NCBI RefSeq assembly: GCF_000315625.1
Contig: NW_005434667.1
Coordinates: 1,107,061 to 1,171,060 of the forward strand
Reading direction: 5' to 3'
Length of the DNA stretch: 64,000 nucleotides
Origin: Guillardia theta CCMP2712
Taxonomy: Eukaryota; Protista; Cryptophyta
Positions within the stretch are counted from its first letter, which is position 1. Every line of letters begins with the position of its first letter. Below the pieces are notes generated by a model, which saw nothing but the letters and a program-made list of their open reading frames with translations, was not told where the DNA came from and made no database searches. Below, piece after piece: positions 59,868-64,000 of this stretch. Made by a program: the position numbers and the translations under genes.

Positions 59868-60472
59868 TATTGACTTTTTAAAACTCATTATATCACTCTA
59901 TTAAGACCCTTGTTGAGTGAAAATAGTGTAGAGCTAGTCCAAAAAGGCCTCAGGCTCATGTCTCTTCGTGGTACGTGCTCGAACAGTTGGGTTTGAATTT
60001 TTACAAAAAGATTAGTTTTCAGATATTTTGCTGACCAACGTCACGAGGTCTCGCTTGTAAAGATGACCGTTTGGAGGTCTAACTTGACTACCCCACCTGG
60101 TAAAGCAATGACCTCTCTGTCATGACCCCTACTTTATGCTTTTTTCCACCTACCCTATGATAAATGCTGTGTACCTTTGGATCCACTTTACCACCCCACA
60201 GAAGAGTATCTGTCTTTACCAACGCCTTTGCGCGCAATGCTAACCAACAATGCCGGCCTCAAGCGGTCAGGCACGAAAGAGTTAGCCATTAACTCAAGGA
60301 CGGCAGAGCTTGACCATATGTGATTAGTGATAGAACCAAGCACAGTCATTGACTGGCAGGAACCGCAAGGCATCTGAGTCTTGTACTTGGTACAAGGTCA
60401 AAGTTATCGCGGTAACTGCTCTAAAGCTCGTATCGACCCTCGTCTTGTTTCTTGGACATTGTTATCAACGTC

Positions 60473-63400
60473 ATGTCTCCTTTGAACAATCAAGAGGAAA
60501 GAATTCAGATCAATGGCAACGGTCACACAGATATCAATGACGATGCAACGATGAAGAAGATCACCTCGTTGAATAGCCTTCGGTCTGCCAGCGTCACCTC
60601 TCCCGTCCACGGCTTGTTGGAGGACGAGAAAGACAACGATCAGAGAAGTGTCCATAGTCCTCTGTTTTCGAGAATTCTTATCGGGGATACAAATCAAAAG
60701 AACTCTCTGAATCGAACTTCCTCTAGCAAAAGCGCGAAGGCAGCAGAAAAAGTATTGAAGGGGTTTGGTATTTTTTCCCGTCCGGAGAAGAAGCGACACA
60801 CTATTCTGGTTACCCCTGAAAGAAAGCTCCAGAAATTGAAAAGCTCTCAGATCAAGAGGAAAATCCGCAAAGTTCACTTCCGTCTCCCAAAATCCAAGAA
60901 CGACAAGAGGCTCCATATCCTAGAGCCTGGGTCAGCGTTCTTAGAGAAATGGTTGAGGTTTATGATGCTTCCTTTGGCATATGAGCTGTGGGCGTTCCCG
61001 TTCAGACTTGCGTTCTGTGATCCAAGATCGTCAGAAATTCTGATCTGTGATCTTGTCTGCGATATCATCTTCTTCTTCGACGCCATGGTTCGGCTCAACA
61101 CCGCCATCCCGGCGGAAACGTATCCAGGTCAAACAGAGGCTATAACAGAATGGTCAGGAGTTGCAGAAATGTACGTCAGACACTCTCTCCTCCCCGATCT
61201 CCTCCCTATCGTCATGTACTGGGTAAGTAACGGCTGATTGTGTTGCAAATCAGTGAAATCTTAACGTTTAGGTGACAACGCTGTCGTTGCGCTCTTTCTC
61301 AGGGAGCCTGGTCTGGATCTGGTGGGCGTTCATGATCCCAAGGCTTGTCACGAGAGTCTCTCGTCTCGCGTTCTTCTTTCGGTCTATGGAAACGAACCTC
61401 GAGCTCAACGTTCGAAACCTTCAGGCGGTCAAGATCTGCCTTGTCATTCTCCTGTCCTCCCACTGGGTGGGTTGCCTATACTACTTTCTGGCAAGAGTGC
61501 AATCGTTCAAGGAGACAACATGGGTACATTGCACTCTCATCGTTTTTTCTCCATGTCGCTGAAATGCCTCGGCAGGTGCGGGACTTTGAACATCTTCTTC
61601 CGCTCTACAAGTTTGACCACAGCACGGTTGCAACGAACTACCTGCTATGCATGTAATGCTTCTTGTCTTTTCCTTTTATCTGTCTCATCTCTTGTTCAAG
61701 GTACAAAGGATTCAATGCACTCTCAAACCTTGCATACGACCTTGGCCTGCCGTCGAACATTGTGGAGATGTTGTACTCGCTGATGGTCATGACAATACAG
61801 GTTGACATGCCGCCATGTATGTTACCATGGTTAAGAGCATGTTGCAGATCTATCTCAGCGCTTTGATTCTCGGAACTCTCCTAAACTACCTCGTGCGCAA
61901 GAACCCGACGGAGGAGGCGCACAAGCAGCACATCGAGCAAGTGAAGCAGTTCATGGAGAGTAAGAGCTTGCCCGTGTCCCTGCAGGAGAGGGTGCTGGGC
62001 TACTTCGAGTTCCAGTACCAGAAGAATGTCAACAGCTCTCTTTCTACTTCCATGGATCTCCCGCGATCTCTTCGCATCAAAGTTGCCAACGCCAACTACC
62101 ACGATCTCATCGTCAAGTGCGCCAACAGGGGAAAACCCCTCAACGGCTGTAGCTCGCAGTTCTTCAACGTAAGTGCACCTTGTATTCCTTGATTGAGCTG
62201 AGCTCGTGCTGGGTCTTGCAGGCGCTCATGACGAGGCTCCAAGTGATGCACGTCATGTCAAGTGAGGAGATAGTGAAGAGAGACGAGTGAGTCTTGTTTC
62301 CTGCTACCTTCCAGCTGAGGCTTGCTCCTCCTCCAGGATCCCTCGCGAGCTCTACTTTGTGAGTGAAGGGGCCGCGCTCATCATTGATGAGAAGGAGAGG
62401 ACGATCGGAGTGATCCGAAGCGACGTGCCCGACATCGCTCCCATCATCGGAGAGGTGGAGGGCTTCTCGACTTGATGCCGCTGACTTTTCTTCAGGTTCC
62501 CTTCTTCCTCGGCATCAACTACGTGCATACCATCAAAGCAAAGGCGGACGAGGATCTTGAGTTGCTCGTCCTGTCCAAGGAGGACAGCTCGGAGCTGTTC
62601 AGTAGCTATCCGGAAGAGCATCAGATCATCTGCGAGAACCTCCTCCGAAAGTTCGACCTGGACGCCAACGGGGACTCGATCAAGGGAGCGCAGGAGGACC
62701 TCAGTGACGTGGCCAAGTTAGCAACCAAGACCAAGATCATTCAGTCCATCAAGAGCCGAGCCGAGCGGCTCTTCTTCTCCCTCTCGCACTCAGCAAACTC
62801 GGGTGATGTGGAGACTGTCCTGCAGCTAATCCGGCAGGGCGCAGACATCAACAAGTCAAACTACGACAAAAGGACCGTGCTGCACATGGCGTGTGCGGAA
62901 GGAAACTATCGGATGGTTGAGATCCTCCTCAACAATGGAGCTGAGAAAGACCTCAAGGATAGATGGGGTCAGACGCCTCTCCAGACGGCCATCAACCACA
63001 AGCAGCTCATGATCGTTGGGCTGTTGACGCAGTGGAAGGCGAGTCTCGGCTTCGAGAACGCGGCGTCAGCGCTGTGCGAGGCATCGGGAGGAGGAGACCT
63101 GGCGCAGGTGCGGAGGCTGATTGAGAACGGGGTCAACGCCAACCTAGGAGACTACGACAGGAGGACAGCTCTGCATGTGGCCAGCGCTGAGGGTCATGAC
63201 AAGGTGGTGGAGTACCTGCTGAGCAAGAAGGCGGATCCCAACGCCGCTGACCGCTGGGGAGGAACGCCGCTGCAGGACGCGCTCTTGAACGGGCACGCGC
63301 TGGTGGCAACGCTGCTCAAGGCGAAGGGAGGGTCGATGCCCAAGGACGTGGGGAGCGAGGAGGTGTGCTCAGCTGCGGGGCTCGGAGACGTGAAGAGGCT

Positions 63401-64000
63401 GCGGTTGATGCATGACTACGGTCAGCCGACGGACGTTGGGGACTACGACTTTCGCTTCCCCCGTGAGCCGTTGCTGACGTCACCGTGACCATCTGACCTC
63501 TCTTGCAGTCCATCTTGCAGCTGCTGAAGCCAAGGTCCTGGCTGTCTCCTTCCTCCTCGGCGTCAGCGCAGACCCAAACTGCACCGATCGATGGGGAGGG
63601 ACGCCAATGGACGACACGCTGCGAGGAGGAACGTTGTATCACATGTACTGCGCGAAGCTCATCCAAGGTACTGCGTCTGCTCGCTCCTTCTCTCTGCTCC
63701 AAGAGTTTCTCATGCCTCCTGTGTTGACATGCTGTGCTCAGGGTGGGGGGGAGAGCTGGGGCTCTACAAGGACACGGAGGAGGGGAGGAGGTTCATGGAG
63801 AGGCTGGACTCCATCTCGATCAAACAAGTTCGACTGCTGATCAAGTCGCTGATCGACCAAGGGCTGGACAAGACGTCTCCCAAGCACCTCACGGTTGAGG
63901 AGCTCAACCTCTACCTCAAGGCGAGCGGCGAGATGATGCCTACTGTCCTCCAGCTGTCGTCCAACATCAACAGCGTGACTGGCGACATCCAAGTCTTCCG
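60473..64000 (+). CDS. Cyclic-nucleotide-binding-domain cation channel with ankyrin repeats (AKT/EAG/HCN superfamily), 3' partial
   Basis: S1-S6 (PFRLAF, DIIFFFD, PRLVTRVSRL, HWVGCLYY), C-linker LPVSLQERVLGYFEFQY, CNBD ELYFVSEG..IGEVPF, ankyrins DYDRRTALHVA/DRWGGTPL; upstream exons possible. Confidence 0.9.

Noticed and set aside
1-64000. rRNA/tRNA genes
   Set aside because: None recognised by eye; tRNAscan-SE/Infernal not run

Overview
Gene-dense eukaryotic nuclear DNA with many short (~40-70 nt) spliceosomal introns (ctgac/ctaac branch points, some GC-AG) and intronic microsatellites. The style fits a cryptophyte alga such as Guillardia theta (inference, not checked). About 20 genes can be read, with coordinates of spliced genes approximate: an ankyrin protein, a DH-PH RhoGEF, a Myb(SHAQKYF-class)/Cys-rich zinc-finger protein, a ZNFX1-like helicase, a PH-FHA protein, an ion-channel-type adenylyl cyclase, SUV3, a kinase-RhoGEF, an NRPS-like A-T-ankyrin enzyme, PDZ-like, SPATS1-like/ubiquitin-like, ARM, collagen-like, MORN and NHL/EF-hand proteins, and a CNBD/ankyrin cation channel that runs off the end. 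The main candidate for a new system is at 7704-14368. Two ORFs joined by one in-frame 68-nt intron give a ~2200-aa multi-pass receptor: C-type lectin ectodomain, putative-Ig repeats, ZZ-like finger, intact Ser/Thr kinase and a C-terminal CHAT caspase-like protease with its His/Cys dyad. It lies tail-to-tail with the ZNFX1-like RNA sensor in an intron-poor 13-kb block, a possible innate-immunity locus. A MITE-like element with perfect 31-bp inverted repeats is at 59341-59867.
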